A stretch of DNA of 64,000 nt from Candidatus Gottesmanbacteria bacterium. GTDB lineage: Bacteria > Patescibacteriota > Microgenomatia > 2-02-FULL-39-11. The position numbers were made by a program, and so were the translations under genes. Every line of letters begins with the position of its first letter. Position 1 is the first letter of the stretch. The notes beneath the pieces were generated by a model. It was given only the letters and a program-made list of their open reading frames with translations, was not told the origin of the DNA and made no database searches. This document shows positions 27,957 to 36,702 of the stretch, piece after piece. The stretch lies in contig JACPKY010000002.1 of assembly GCA_016186795.1 (NCBI GenBank), positions 282,593 through 346,592 on the forward strand, in the 5' to 3' direction.

Positions 27957-29153
27957 TTATTCGTTGGGTAAACTTGCATGGCGTTTTATAAATTTCTGTA
28001 TATCCGTGTCAGCATTTGCTATATGGGTTGCTCTTTCTAAAATGATCGTTTTCCACCTCTTCGCTTCATTTATATCTTTACGCCGGCTACTTAATTTCAC
28101 TTCAGCTTGCTTCGTTTTATCAAAGCGGACAATACATAAGTAATCGTTATCCCATATTCCAAAATCGAGTTCACCAATTTTATTTATTAGGTCTTTTGCC
28201 ATACACAAGTAAACTTCAATTCCAAAGCCCAAATCTAAGCGGATATGGTCGAGTAATCGTCTTCTTTTTAAATCCGAGATCGCATCAACAATAAAGACTC
28301 TTTTGAAGTTTTTCATCCTTTTGGCGGCAAGCCGTGCCTGTTGATAATAGGCAGATTGAGTATCCCAAAATTTCAAAGAGGTCAAAAAAGTACAAAATCC
28401 TTCCTTTCGTAAATTCCGAAATTTGAACACGCCTTCATCAAAAACTTCCTCTGGTTCCAGATACAAAACCTCCTCACTATTGGGTGAGAGGTAATCTATT
28501 GCATACAGCTCTTTCCGATGAGCAATGTACTTTTGGTAAAGTGATAAATCCAATCGAGTTTTACAAAGTTCGAGTATCAGAGGAAATTCATTTAAGTTTA
28601 CTTCACTATTCATGTGGCCTGCCCGTTTGACCATGAGAAGTGAACTATGAAGTCTCTTGGCAAATCCTACTGAAAGATATTTCTCGACATACGGATCATT
28701 ATCTGAATATAAAACGTACGATGTCGGGATATTTTTCCGCAAAGCGCGAAAGTTAAAGTCAGTTTTATAAAAGGACTGATTTACACGATCAAATCGCCAA
28801 TCCTTCCCAAGACTACTCAAAAAGGGGCTCACAAATATTGCGCTATCAAGTCTCAGATTGTACCTTTCGACAAGATGGAGAATAAATAATGACCCAAGTG
28901 AGTGACCAATAAAACAGAGATCGTCTTTATCATTGATATCTTTTCTTATCTCTTCAAACGTATGGAACCAATTATCAAGAGATTGAAATTTGGGTTTTGC
29001 GAAAGGACCACTTCGAGCTACTTCATCCCAGTTTTCCACCGGAAATTGTGGAATGACGACACTTTGTCCGAGACTTTCCAGTTTTTCTTTGAGCTCTGGA
29101 AACCAGTTTTCGTTCGGACTACCAAACGAGCCGTGAATGATGACAAAATTCAT
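27957..29153 (-). CDS. RBBP9/YdeN-type alpha/beta hydrolase with C-terminal DUF6879-like domain
   Basis: IIHG..ENWFP, GHSLG, SDNDPYV, AGHMN; extra domain with KRVFIV and DFGIWD. Confidence 0.8.
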   Translation of the reverse strand: MNFVIIHGSFGSPNENWFPELKEKLESLGQSVVIPQFPVENWDEVARSGPFAKPKFQSLDNWFHTFEEIRKDINDKDDLCFIGHSLGSLFILHLVERYNLRLDSAIFVSPFLSSLGKDWRFDRVNQSFYKTDFNFRALRKNIPTSYVLYSDNDPYVEKYLSVGFAKRLHSSLLMVKRAGHMNSEVNLNEFPLILELCKTRLDLSLYQKYIAHRKELYAIDYLSPNSEEVLYLEPEEVFDEGVFKFRNLRKEGFCTFLTSLKFWDTQSAYYQQARLAAKRMKNFKRVFIVDAISDLKRRRLLDHIRLDLGFGIEVYLCMAKDLINKIGELDFGIWDNDYLCIVRFDKTKQAEVKLSSRRKDINEAKRWKTIILERATHIANADTDIQKFIKRHASLPNE

Positions 29154-29181
29154 TGGAACTATTATACTACGGGATTTGAAG

Positions 29182-30327
29182 CTATAGTTTCCCTTCCTTT
29201 ATTTTTTGTCGAAGCAAACCAACATAGGAGTTGAAATAGTGTACGTTATGGTAGGAAAGAAGTGACATCCCACTTATCTCACGACTGCCAATGAGATGGG
29301 AAAGATAGCTTCGAGAATACGTTTGACAGACTAAACAGGAACACTTCGGATCGAGCGGCTCATTTTCTTTGAGAAAACTTTTCTTTCGAATGTTTAACTT
29401 ACCACGTGATGTAAAAACTGTACCACGACGTGCATAATGTGTAGGCGCGGTACAATCAAAAAGGTCAATCCCGTTTTTGATGATTGGCTCCATATCTTCG
29501 ATGTGACCAATTCCTAAGAGATGCCGTGGTTTTCTCTCGGTAAGATTTGGTATTACCCATTGAAGAATCTTTCCCATCGTTTCTTTACTTTCACCTAAGT
29601 CCCCTCCAATTCCATACCCATCAAACCCTAACGTATCAATATAGTGAGCACTCTCTATGCGAAGATTTTTAAAACGTGAACCTTGCACAATCCCAAAGAT
29701 CGCTTGGGTACTTCTTTTGGCTTGTATGCACGTTAGCGCCCACGTATGGGTCCTATTAAGTGCCTTTCGCACATACGCTTTATTCGAAAGCGGTGGGGTA
29801 CACTCATCGAATGCAAAAATAATATCCGCTCCTAATTTTTCCTGGATTTTCATCGACTCTTTCGGTCCAATAAAAAGGGCAGATCCATCAATCGGAGATC
29901 GGAAGTATACTCCTTCATCTGTAATCTTTAGATTTTGAGGGATTGAATGAGCATGGACATACTCAGTATCTTTCCCAGGAAAAAATTTCATCAACTTCCC
30001 GACATTGAAATCTCTTCCAAATCCAAGTGAAAAGACCTGAAATCCACCTGAATCTGTCATAATAGGTCCATTCCAGTTCATAAACGTATGCAGCCCTCCC
30101 GCCCTTGCGACAACTTCTTCACCAGATGTTACATGCAGATGATACGTATTGGCGATAATTATTTGTGATTTCGTGTCGGTAATATCGCGACTGGTTAACG
30201 TTTTTATTGCACCGAGAGTGGCGACTGGTACAAATGCCGGAGTTTCAACTTCACCGTGAGGAGTTTTTACTATTCCCAACCGCGCATACGATTTTCTCGA
30301 TTTCTTAAGGATTGTATAATCAATCAT
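29182..30327 (-). CDS. tgt: tRNA-guanine transglycosylase
   Basis: ANTYHL, TDSGGFQVFSL, FDEC, GIVQG, FDC and CSCLVC zinc site. Confidence 0.96.
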   Translation of the reverse strand: MIDYTILKKSRKSYARLGIVKTPHGEVETPAFVPVATLGAIKTLTSRDITDTKSQIIIANTYHLHVTSGEEVVARAGGLHTFMNWNGPIMTDSGGFQVFSLGFGRDFNVGKLMKFFPGKDTEYVHAHSIPQNLKITDEGVYFRSPIDGSALFIGPKESMKIQEKLGADIIFAFDECTPPLSNKAYVRKALNRTHTWALTCIQAKRSTQAIFGIVQGSRFKNLRIESAHYIDTLGFDGYGIGGDLGESKETMGKILQWVIPNLTERKPRHLLGIGHIEDMEPIIKNGIDLFDCTAPTHYARRGTVFTSRGKLNIRKKSFLKENEPLDPKCSCLVCQTYSRSYLSHLIGSREISGMSLLSYHNVHYFNSYVGLLRQKIKEGKL

Positions 30328-30349
30328 TGTATCGGATAAATTTTGAGGA

Positions 30350-30697
30350 CTAAGAAAGGCTAGCCGAGTTCTTGTGAAAGCATTGATCGATCTTTGCAGC
30401 CATGATGAAATCGTTTATGGAAAGTCCTCCGATTGCATGGGTAAAGAGTTCAAATTTGACTGTGCTGTAATAAATACATATGTTCGGATGATGACCTTCT
30501 CTTTCTGCAATTTTTGAAACAGTGTTTACAAATTCTATTGCACGCACAAAATTCTTACACTTGAATCGTTTGGAAATTTTCTTCTGCTGGTCAAACTCCC
30601 ATCCCGAAAGACTTGCAAGATAGTGCTCTACTTCAGATTGAGTAAAGGGTTTTGTTCCACCTTCGCATGGCTTACACCGTTGTTGAACTAAATCCAT
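30350..30697 (-). CDS. phhB: Pterin-4a-carbinolamine dehydratase
   Basis: CKPCEGG, EGHHP and THAIGGLSINDFIMAAKID. Confidence 0.92.
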   Translation of the reverse strand: MDLVQQRCKPCEGGTKPFTQSEVEHYLASLSGWEFDQQKKISKRFKCKNFVRAIEFVNTVSKIAEREGHHPNICIYYSTVKFELFTHAIGGLSINDFIMAAKIDQCFHKNSASLS

Positions 30698-30751
30698 GGC
30701 CAAATTGTACCATAAAAGCGTGGGAACCAACACTCGTCGAGGAAAAGTAGG

Positions 30752-31072
30752 TTACGAAAGTCCCTGAATAGTTATATCCTCATTTACCGCTTCTTCAAAG
30801 GAAACAAGACCAAGATGTTGTCCGCATTGAGTGCAAACAATCTCCAAAGAGTCGGAAATATGTATGTGCTCCAACTCTACTAAGTAAGAGCTCAACTGAT
30901 CTCCAACAACTTGAATATTGCGGGAGGGGAGAAAAAGGTTATCAGCTCCAAAAAGCGTTGTACCGCAATGAGCACATTTGAAGTGCTTTTCCTCAGAGCT
31001 ATCGGCGTAGTAATTTAACATTCTTTCAACTGTATCTGTTACCAGAATACCATTCCTTTTATGCAATGTCAT
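30752..31072 (-). CDS. MsrB-like zinc-binding protein lacking catalytic motifs
   Basis: CAHCGTTLF and EIVCTQCGQHLG; no GWPSF or RYCIN. Confidence 0.65.
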   Translation of the reverse strand: MTLHKRNGILVTDTVERMLNYYADSSEEKHFKCAHCGTTLFGADNLFLPSRNIQVVGDQLSSYLVELEHIHISDSLEIVCTQCGQHLGLVSFEEAVNEDITIQGLS

Positions 31073-31775
31073 CAAGAAGGTTTTGTTGTACAGATTTCTC
31101 TTCATTCCTACTATTCTCAAGGAGTATCTTCATACTATCATACCAATTGCAAAATGGGCAGGATGGACTTGAAGACGGCATCGGATGCTCAAGTACTTCG
31201 ATCGCGTCTTTGATACGCTTCGATGTCTTTTGGGGGTCACCGGAGAGTTTTGCTACATGAATAACCATAGGAAATTGGTTGTGTAGATCAACTCCATCTT
31301 CGGGGTATATATAGATGAGGTATCCAAAATTGCCAATTGATCGACCGTTTTGTTGCATGACAAACAGATAATCATCAATCTGGGACTGATAGGCAGAAAG
31401 GGTTTCCCGATTTCTAGGATCAGAGCTTGACGTTTTGAAGTCAACTGGAATATACTCTCCGCTTTCAGTCACAATACACTCATCAAGTTTCCCTAAAAAT
31501 CCGTAAGAATCATTGAGAGTCACGAAATATTTTTCCTGAAAAGGATTTTGTAATCTTCCGGAGATTTTGCCCTGAATAAGAGGTGGGAGTGTATTTTTCT
31601 CTCGAAATTGGTTGAAATATCCTTTCATAACGACATCAAAACGGTTTGCAAGACGTGAAACGATGCCCTCCGGCTGGCGAATGTCTTTTTTATACTGGAG
31701 CCAAAAGCATCGAGGACAGCGATTGAGAGATTCAATACCCGTGTGAGATAACCAAATACGACCGTCTTTACTCAT
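31059..31775 (-). CDS. PD-(D/E)XK nuclease family protein
   Basis: LSHT..CPRCFW, GKLD, VDFKT, QIDDY and C-terminal CPFC. Confidence 0.88.
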   Translation of the reverse strand: MSKDGRIWLSHTGIESLNRCPRCFWLQYKKDIRQPEGIVSRLANRFDVVMKGYFNQFREKNTLPPLIQGKISGRLQNPFQEKYFVTLNDSYGFLGKLDECIVTESGEYIPVDFKTSSSDPRNRETLSAYQSQIDDYLFVMQQNGRSIGNFGYLIYIYPEDGVDLHNQFPMVIHVAKLSGDPQKTSKRIKDAIEVLEHPMPSSSPSCPFCNWYDSMKILLENSRNEEKSVQQNLLDDIA

Positions 31776-31788
31776 AGAGAGGGCGTTT

Positions 31789-32400
31789 TTATTCTTTTGT
31801 GGTAAGCAAGAAAAGTTTTCCCGCGGCAAGTCCCCCAACAAGAGGTGCAACTGTATAGAGAATCGCAGAGGGAAGTACCGTACCAATGGTGATTATATTA
31901 AAAAGTATTGATCCAAGCGCTACAGCCGGATTATAGACACTTCCGGAAATATCGGCTCCTGCGTATCCAAATGCCAGAAGTGTTGTGCCAATTGCTAAGC
32001 CAAAATACTGATTTCCTTTCGTATGCTTTGAAGTTGCGACGTGTAAAACGACAAATGCTAATGCGCCCGCTCCAACCAATTCCATGATGAATGAGGGAAC
32101 GAAAGACGCCTTCGGACTAACGATAAAAAACTGCTCGTGCACAATTGCGTATAAAAGGGAGGCTGTCAATCCCCCAACAAGTTGAAAAAGCATATACATC
32201 TGCATATCCGTAAAAGAAATTGCACCCCGCACCCACACAGCAAACGTTACCGCGGGATTGTAGTGACCACCAGATATTGCCCCTCCCATGTAAACGAGGC
32301 CTATCAGGATAGCTCCTACCGCAAGGGGAACACCTGAAAAAGAGATGACGGTGGTGAGGAGAAACGTTCCTACTAACTCAATGAGGTATTTGTTCATCAA
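31789..32400 (-). CDS. Aquaporin (MIP family)
   Basis: SGGHYNPAVT and YNPAVA. Confidence 0.93.
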   Translation of the reverse strand: MMNKYLIELVGTFLLTTVISFSGVPLAVGAILIGLVYMGGAISGGHYNPAVTFAVWVRGAISFTDMQMYMLFQLVGGLTASLLYAIVHEQFFIVSPKASFVPSFIMELVGAGALAFVVLHVATSKHTKGNQYFGLAIGTTLLAFGYAGADISGSVYNPAVALGSILFNIITIGTVLPSAILYTVAPLVGGLAAGKLFLLTTKE

Positions 32401-32436
32401 TATAAATTGTAGACGGCAATTGTATAGCCGTCAATA

Positions 32437-33612
32437 TCAAACTTTTGTCGTATCTTTTGTTGGCGAATTTTTATCACCCGACTCTAACTCGTTTAGATCG
32501 AGCCCTTTTATCTGACTAAATGATGGACCAATTAATCCTTGCAGATTCCCTGCTACTTGAGCTGTTCCCCGTGTAAGTCTCGCTATTTGAGTCTCTCTCA
32601 TTTTCCAAATTTTTTCATATGCAACACGTTCTTTCTCTATCTGTTTTTTCATATCACTGTAAATCTCTATCATTTCTTCCACGTGTTGTCGAAACTCGTG
32701 TCCATTTACGTATTCATACACTTCAACTGCTTTTCCTTCCCTGTTTTGCACGATAAATTTTTCGCGCGCTACGTCAAATAAATTCTTACGAAGTATTTCA
32801 GCCAATGTCAGCGCAAACGTATGAGTACATATGTAGACCCCCTCTTTATATCCCATTCCGGAGGTAATATCTTTTGGTGTGACTGCGGTAACTATGATCG
32901 AAATATGAGCTTTTGATCTTCGAAGATCTTCTTTGAGTTTCGCAATCCATCCGTCCTGCCAACCTTTTGTTCTTTTTGATTCCCATAGAATAACTCCGCA
33001 AATATTCCCAAGGGGTGTTTTAACAATCTGTCGTAAATCTGCACCTCGCTCGCCTTTTTCGACAGATTCAATAATATCATGAGGAAATGCTTGCTTGAGC
33101 GTCATCTCAAGATCAAGTTCTTGCACTTCCCCTTGGAGTTGTTGTGAAGAGCTTTCGGCTTTGCGCCGAGCATCTTCCAACGCCACTTTTAGATCATGAA
33201 TGATCTTCTCTTTTTCTTGTTCCTTCAACCTATACTGTTCGAAAACTTGTTTGGCTACCGCTTCTTCAACTTTCTTCCTTTCCTCATCGACTCTCCGAAC
33301 AATCGTAAGCGACAATTCTTTTTCTTTCTCCTCCACCTTTCGCTTTTCTTCCCGTAGTTTTATTTCCTGCTCCCGATGTTCCGAGAGTCGCTTTTCTTTT
33401 TCCTCAACTTGTTTTTTCAGATCTGTTATCTCCATCGAAGTTTTTTCTTGAAGTTCTTTGGCGAACTCGGTTTCTAACTCTTTTTTTGCTTTTTCCAGCT
33501 CTTCTTTGAATTTCTCACGTTCGGAAAGACGTATTTTCTCTTCGACTTCATGACGAAACGCTTCGGATATTTCAACTGTCTTACCACAATGAGGACAACG
33601 TATACTATTCAT
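32437..33612 (-). CDS. DUF2130 domain protein
   Basis: IRCPHCG, long coiled coil, SQQLQGEVQEL, GAD and ESKRTK. Confidence 0.88.
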   Translation of the reverse strand: MNSIRCPHCGKTVEISEAFRHEVEEKIRLSEREKFKEELEKAKKELETEFAKELQEKTSMEITDLKKQVEEKEKRLSEHREQEIKLREEKRKVEEKEKELSLTIVRRVDEERKKVEEAVAKQVFEQYRLKEQEKEKIIHDLKVALEDARRKAESSSQQLQGEVQELDLEMTLKQAFPHDIIESVEKGERGADLRQIVKTPLGNICGVILWESKRTKGWQDGWIAKLKEDLRRSKAHISIIVTAVTPKDITSGMGYKEGVYICTHTFALTLAEILRKNLFDVAREKFIVQNREGKAVEVYEYVNGHEFRQHVEEMIEIYSDMKKQIEKERVAYEKIWKMRETQIARLTRGTAQVAGNLQGLIGPSFSQIKGLDLNELESGDKNSPTKDTTKV

Positions 33613-33812
33613 AGATATTTTCTTATTATACTATGCATACAAAGATATCGAATCATTACTTGAGCCAGCGTAAACCTAACAGGCCCACAACAATAAGCCC
33701 GATTCCAATGAGCCATTTCTTAACAGGTTCCGCAAGAATAGGAGATTCTCTCTCTTTCATCTCTCGTATCATACCATCTTGATAATAATGGAAGACTTTA
33801 TTATGATATATG

Positions 33813-33949
33813 TATTCTTTCGGGGATAGGTGATCCGCGAGCTCGCGGAAAGTCCTAATCGGTGGTAAAAACCCACGAGTCCCGCTATGCGGGACACGAT
33901 CGAGTTAAAATCTTGAGTCGACCGTATAGTCGGGATGAAAGGAAGAATA
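33813..33949 (+). ncRNA. FMN riboswitch with palindromic insertion in L2
   Basis: TTCGGGG, ATCGGTGGT..ACCCACGA, GTCGACCGTATAGTCGGGATGAAAGG; P1 TATTCTT/AAGAATA; anti-SD AACTCC (33989-33994) versus SD GGAGTT (34027-34032). Confidence 0.92.
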
Positions 33950-34035
33950 AAGCTGGATGGAAATTCAGTTTTCCTTGTAATCTCTTCTAACTCCCCGAAC
34001 GATTTTATTCATTTTTCTTATCAAAAGGAGTTTAT

Positions 34036-34944
34036 ATGAAACTTGTACGCTCTCTGGTATCCTCTGGACCTGTCTTTATCATCATTGCCGCTCTTCTTTG
34101 GAGCATGGATGGAATCCTTCGACGTAGCCTCTATAGTCTTCCTCCTGAGATTATAGTCTTCTGGGAACATCTCTTAGGAGCAATTATTCTCATTCCCTTT
34201 TTTTTCCCTCGACTCAAAGAGCTAAAAACGATGACGCGCAAAGAGTGGATTTCAGTAGGTATTGTTTCTCTTTTCTCTGGAGCACTCGGAACAATCTTCT
34301 ACACCGCAGCTCTTGGGATGGTCGCCTATATTCAATTCTCTGTCGTTGTCCTCCTGCAACAACTCCAACCCATTTGGGCAATTGCAGCTGCTGCACTACT
34401 TCTCAAAGAAAAACTTACGATAGACTTCCTCAAATGGGCGGCATTAGGGATAGTTGCTGCCTATTTTGTAACATTTCGTGACCTTCACCTCAATATTACT
34501 CTTGGTAATCCGACGTTTATTGCAGCACTCCTTGCACTTTTCGCCGGCATGATGTGGGCGGTCTCAACATCGTTTTCCAAAATAGTACTAAATAAAATAT
34601 CCTACTTTAGCGCTACAAGCCTTCGCTTTTGGCTGGCACCGATCTTTGCATTCGCGATCGCCGGATATCAGGGTCATACCCAGTCCTTTACCGCTCTCAC
34701 GTCCGCGCAATGGGTAACTCTTTTGGGAATTACACTCTCAACCGGCATGGTAGCACTTGTCATCTATTATTATGGGCTACGAAAAACTCCAGCAAGGGTT
34801 TCTACTATCTGTGAGCTTGTCTGGCCGGGATCAGCCATTTTTATAGACTACTTTCTCTATAAACAAACACTATCGGTTACTCAAATCATTGGAGTAGGAC
34901 TTCTCCTCTTCTCTATCTACCATGTCTCAAAATTCAGAAAATAA
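34036..34944 (+). CDS. DMT/EamA transporter, probable riboflavin transporter
   Basis: About 10 TM helices in two EamA repeats; FMN riboswitch upstream and riboflavin kinase downstream. Confidence 0.85.
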   Translation: MKLVRSLVSSGPVFIIIAALLWSMDGILRRSLYSLPPEIIVFWEHLLGAIILIPFFFPRLKELKTMTRKEWISVGIVSLFSGALGTIFYTAALGMVAYIQFSVVVLLQQLQPIWAIAAAALLLKEKLTIDFLKWAALGIVAAYFVTFRDLHLNITLGNPTFIAALLALFAGMMWAVSTSFSKIVLNKISYFSATSLRFWLAPIFAFAIAGYQGHTQSFTALTSAQWVTLLGITLSTGMVALVIYYYGLRKTPARVSTICELVWPGSAIFIDYFLYKQTLSVTQIIGVGLLLFSIYHVSKFRK

Positions 34945-35314
34945 AGATCCCTGGCTTACTGGAACAGTTCTGCGGGGGAAAAAGCTTGGTCGCACACTTA
35001 GCTACCCTACACTCAACCTTAGTAAACCTGAGGTTATGAAAGGGTATAAAGAGGGTGTCTATGCATGCGTTGTCGAAATAGGATCAAGAAACTACTATGG
35101 AGCTCTGTATTATGGACCTCGAATATTTTTGGGGGAGAATTATGCTGTTCTTGAGATTTTTGTACTGAACTTTTCAAAAGAAGTCTATGGAGAAGGTATA
35201 CGGTTTAAGCCGCAACAGTATATACGTGATGTTCTATCGTTCTCTTCTACAAAAAAACTGCAACAACAGTTGCAAAAAGACGTTGCTGAAATAAGACGTA
35301 TCTATCGACTTTGA
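34922..35314 (+). CDS. Monofunctional riboflavin kinase (RibF C-terminal domain only)
   Basis: GKKLGRTLSYPTLN, GVY, LE.FVLNF..EVYG and YIR. Confidence 0.88.
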   Translation: MSQNSENKDPWLTGTVLRGKKLGRTLSYPTLNLSKPEVMKGYKEGVYACVVEIGSRNYYGALYYGPRIFLGENYAVLEIFVLNFSKEVYGEGIRFKPQQYIRDVLSFSSTKKLQQQLQKDVAEIRRIYRL

Positions 35315-35346
35315 AAGGTACCCCACCTTTGATACAATTACTTCAC

Positions 35347-35419
35347 GCCGACATAGCTCAGCTGGTAGAGCGGCGCTTTCGTAAAGCGTAGGTCGTCGGT
35401 TCGATCCCGACTGTCGGCT
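35347..35419 (+). tRNA. tRNA-Thr(CGT)
   Basis: GCCGACA/TGTCGGC acceptor, GCGCT-TTCGTAA-AGCGT, GGTTCGATCCC. Confidence 0.96.
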
Positions 35420-35429
35420 CAAGATAGGA

Positions 35430-35915
35430 CTACTGGAGCCATTGGATAAAGGTACACCCTGTGGCTTTGCGAGCAACTTTATCCCAACCGTTCGTTGAGC
35501 ACTTTTTCATTTTTTTGCCAGAAGAAGTCGTAAAAAGAACAAGAGGATTACCGCACTCAGGACACTTTTCATCAAGAGATTCTGTCGTTCCATTAATCCA
35601 CTCTACATAGTCGCACCCGCTTGCTTGCCTGGTCTGGGGATCCCAGGTGTTCGTTGAGCACTTTTTCATTTTTTTGCCACTTCGGGTCACTACCAAAAGA
35701 AGGGGTGAACCGCATTTGGGACATTTTTCATCGAGTTTTTCAGGTTCTACCTCCAACCATTTCACAAAATTGCACCCTTCATTCCTTCTTGTATCGGCAT
35801 TCCAATGGCTTTTGGAACACCTTTGCAATTTTTTTCCTGTTTGGGTAGTAACAATTTCACCAAGAATTGACCCACATTTCGGACAAACATCCGTCTCTAC
35901 TTTCTGTGTCATCAT
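35430..35915 (-). CDS. Stand-alone topoisomerase-type C4 zinc-ribbon repeat protein (3 repeats)
   Basis: Three CPxCG...GKK..CS...GC.F/Y..W units. Confidence 0.88.
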   Translation of the reverse strand: MMTQKVETDVCPKCGSILGEIVTTQTGKKLQRCSKSHWNADTRRNEGCNFVKWLEVEPEKLDEKCPKCGSPLLLVVTRSGKKMKKCSTNTWDPQTRQASGCDYVEWINGTTESLDEKCPECGNPLVLFTTSSGKKMKKCSTNGWDKVARKATGCTFIQWLQ

Positions 35916-35988
35916 AGTATGTATGTATCTTTACTGTTTATGAATGTTTTGTCAATTGCATCTTTCTGATAAAATGGAGTAACTCTTT

Positions 35989-36702
35989 ATGCTCCAACCA
36001 TCGCATAGGATCAGGGTCCAAGAAAAGCGTCTCGTTCGGAAACTTATTTTTGCAGTCACTCTCACAGTTATTTTTTCCGTTCTTGTCGTATTTGCTGGAC
36101 TTCCGCTTCTTGCAAATGTTATTGTCTTCACTTCCTCCTTCCAATCGAATAAATCACCAACAGAAGAGAAAGAACCATCCTACCTTTTTCCCCCTGTTCT
36201 TGATCCTCTACCTGAGGCAACCAACTCAGGAATCTTAGTTGTATCAGGGTATGGGCAAAAGGATACAGAAATTATCATTTTCGTCAATGATAAAAAAATT
36301 TCTGAAATAAAAACAGACGAAAACGGTGCCTTCAGCGCTGAAAAAGTGAGATTGTCAGAGGGAGATAACACCATTACGGCAAAAGTTATGAAAGATGAAA
36401 AGGAAAGCAGTCCTTCGAATGCACTAACGGTCGTCTATAAAAAATCAGCACCGAAATTAGAGATTCAAACCCCTGCCCAGGATCAAAGAATCATCTCTGA
36501 TTCCAATCAACTTGAGATTGTCGGAGAGACAGAACCAGGAAATAAAGTAACGGTCAATGATAGATTTGTCATAGTCAACTCCGTTGGAAAATTTACTTTT
36601 ACCGTAACCCTTTCAAATGGAGAAAATACCTTTAAGATTGAGGCAACCGATCCAGCGGGAAATAAAACGACAGAGGAACGGAAAGTTACATACAGTTCCT
36701 AA
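35989..36702 (+). CDS. Membrane-anchored protein with two Ig-like domains
   Basis: N-terminal TM; LSEGDNTITA and LSNGENTFKIEATDPAGN. Confidence 0.85.
   Translation: MLQPSHRIRVQEKRLVRKLIFAVTLTVIFSVLVVFAGLPLLANVIVFTSSFQSNKSPTEEKEPSYLFPPVLDPLPEATNSGILVVSGYGQKDTEIIIFVNDKKISEIKTDENGAFSAEKVRLSEGDNTITAKVMKDEKESSPSNALTVVYKKSAPKLEIQTPAQDQRIISDSNQLEIVGETEPGNKVTVNDRFVIVNSVGKFTFTVTLSNGENTFKIEATDPAGNKTTEERKVTYSS

Noticed and set aside
31059-31775. Cas4-like nuclease suggesting a CRISPR locus
   Set aside because: No cas1/cas2 and no repeat-spacer array were seen in the window.
33600-33780. Small hydrophobic minus-strand ORF(s) upstream of DUF2130
   Set aside because: The hydrophobic segment lacks a clear in-frame ATG start without a frameshift; support is insufficient.
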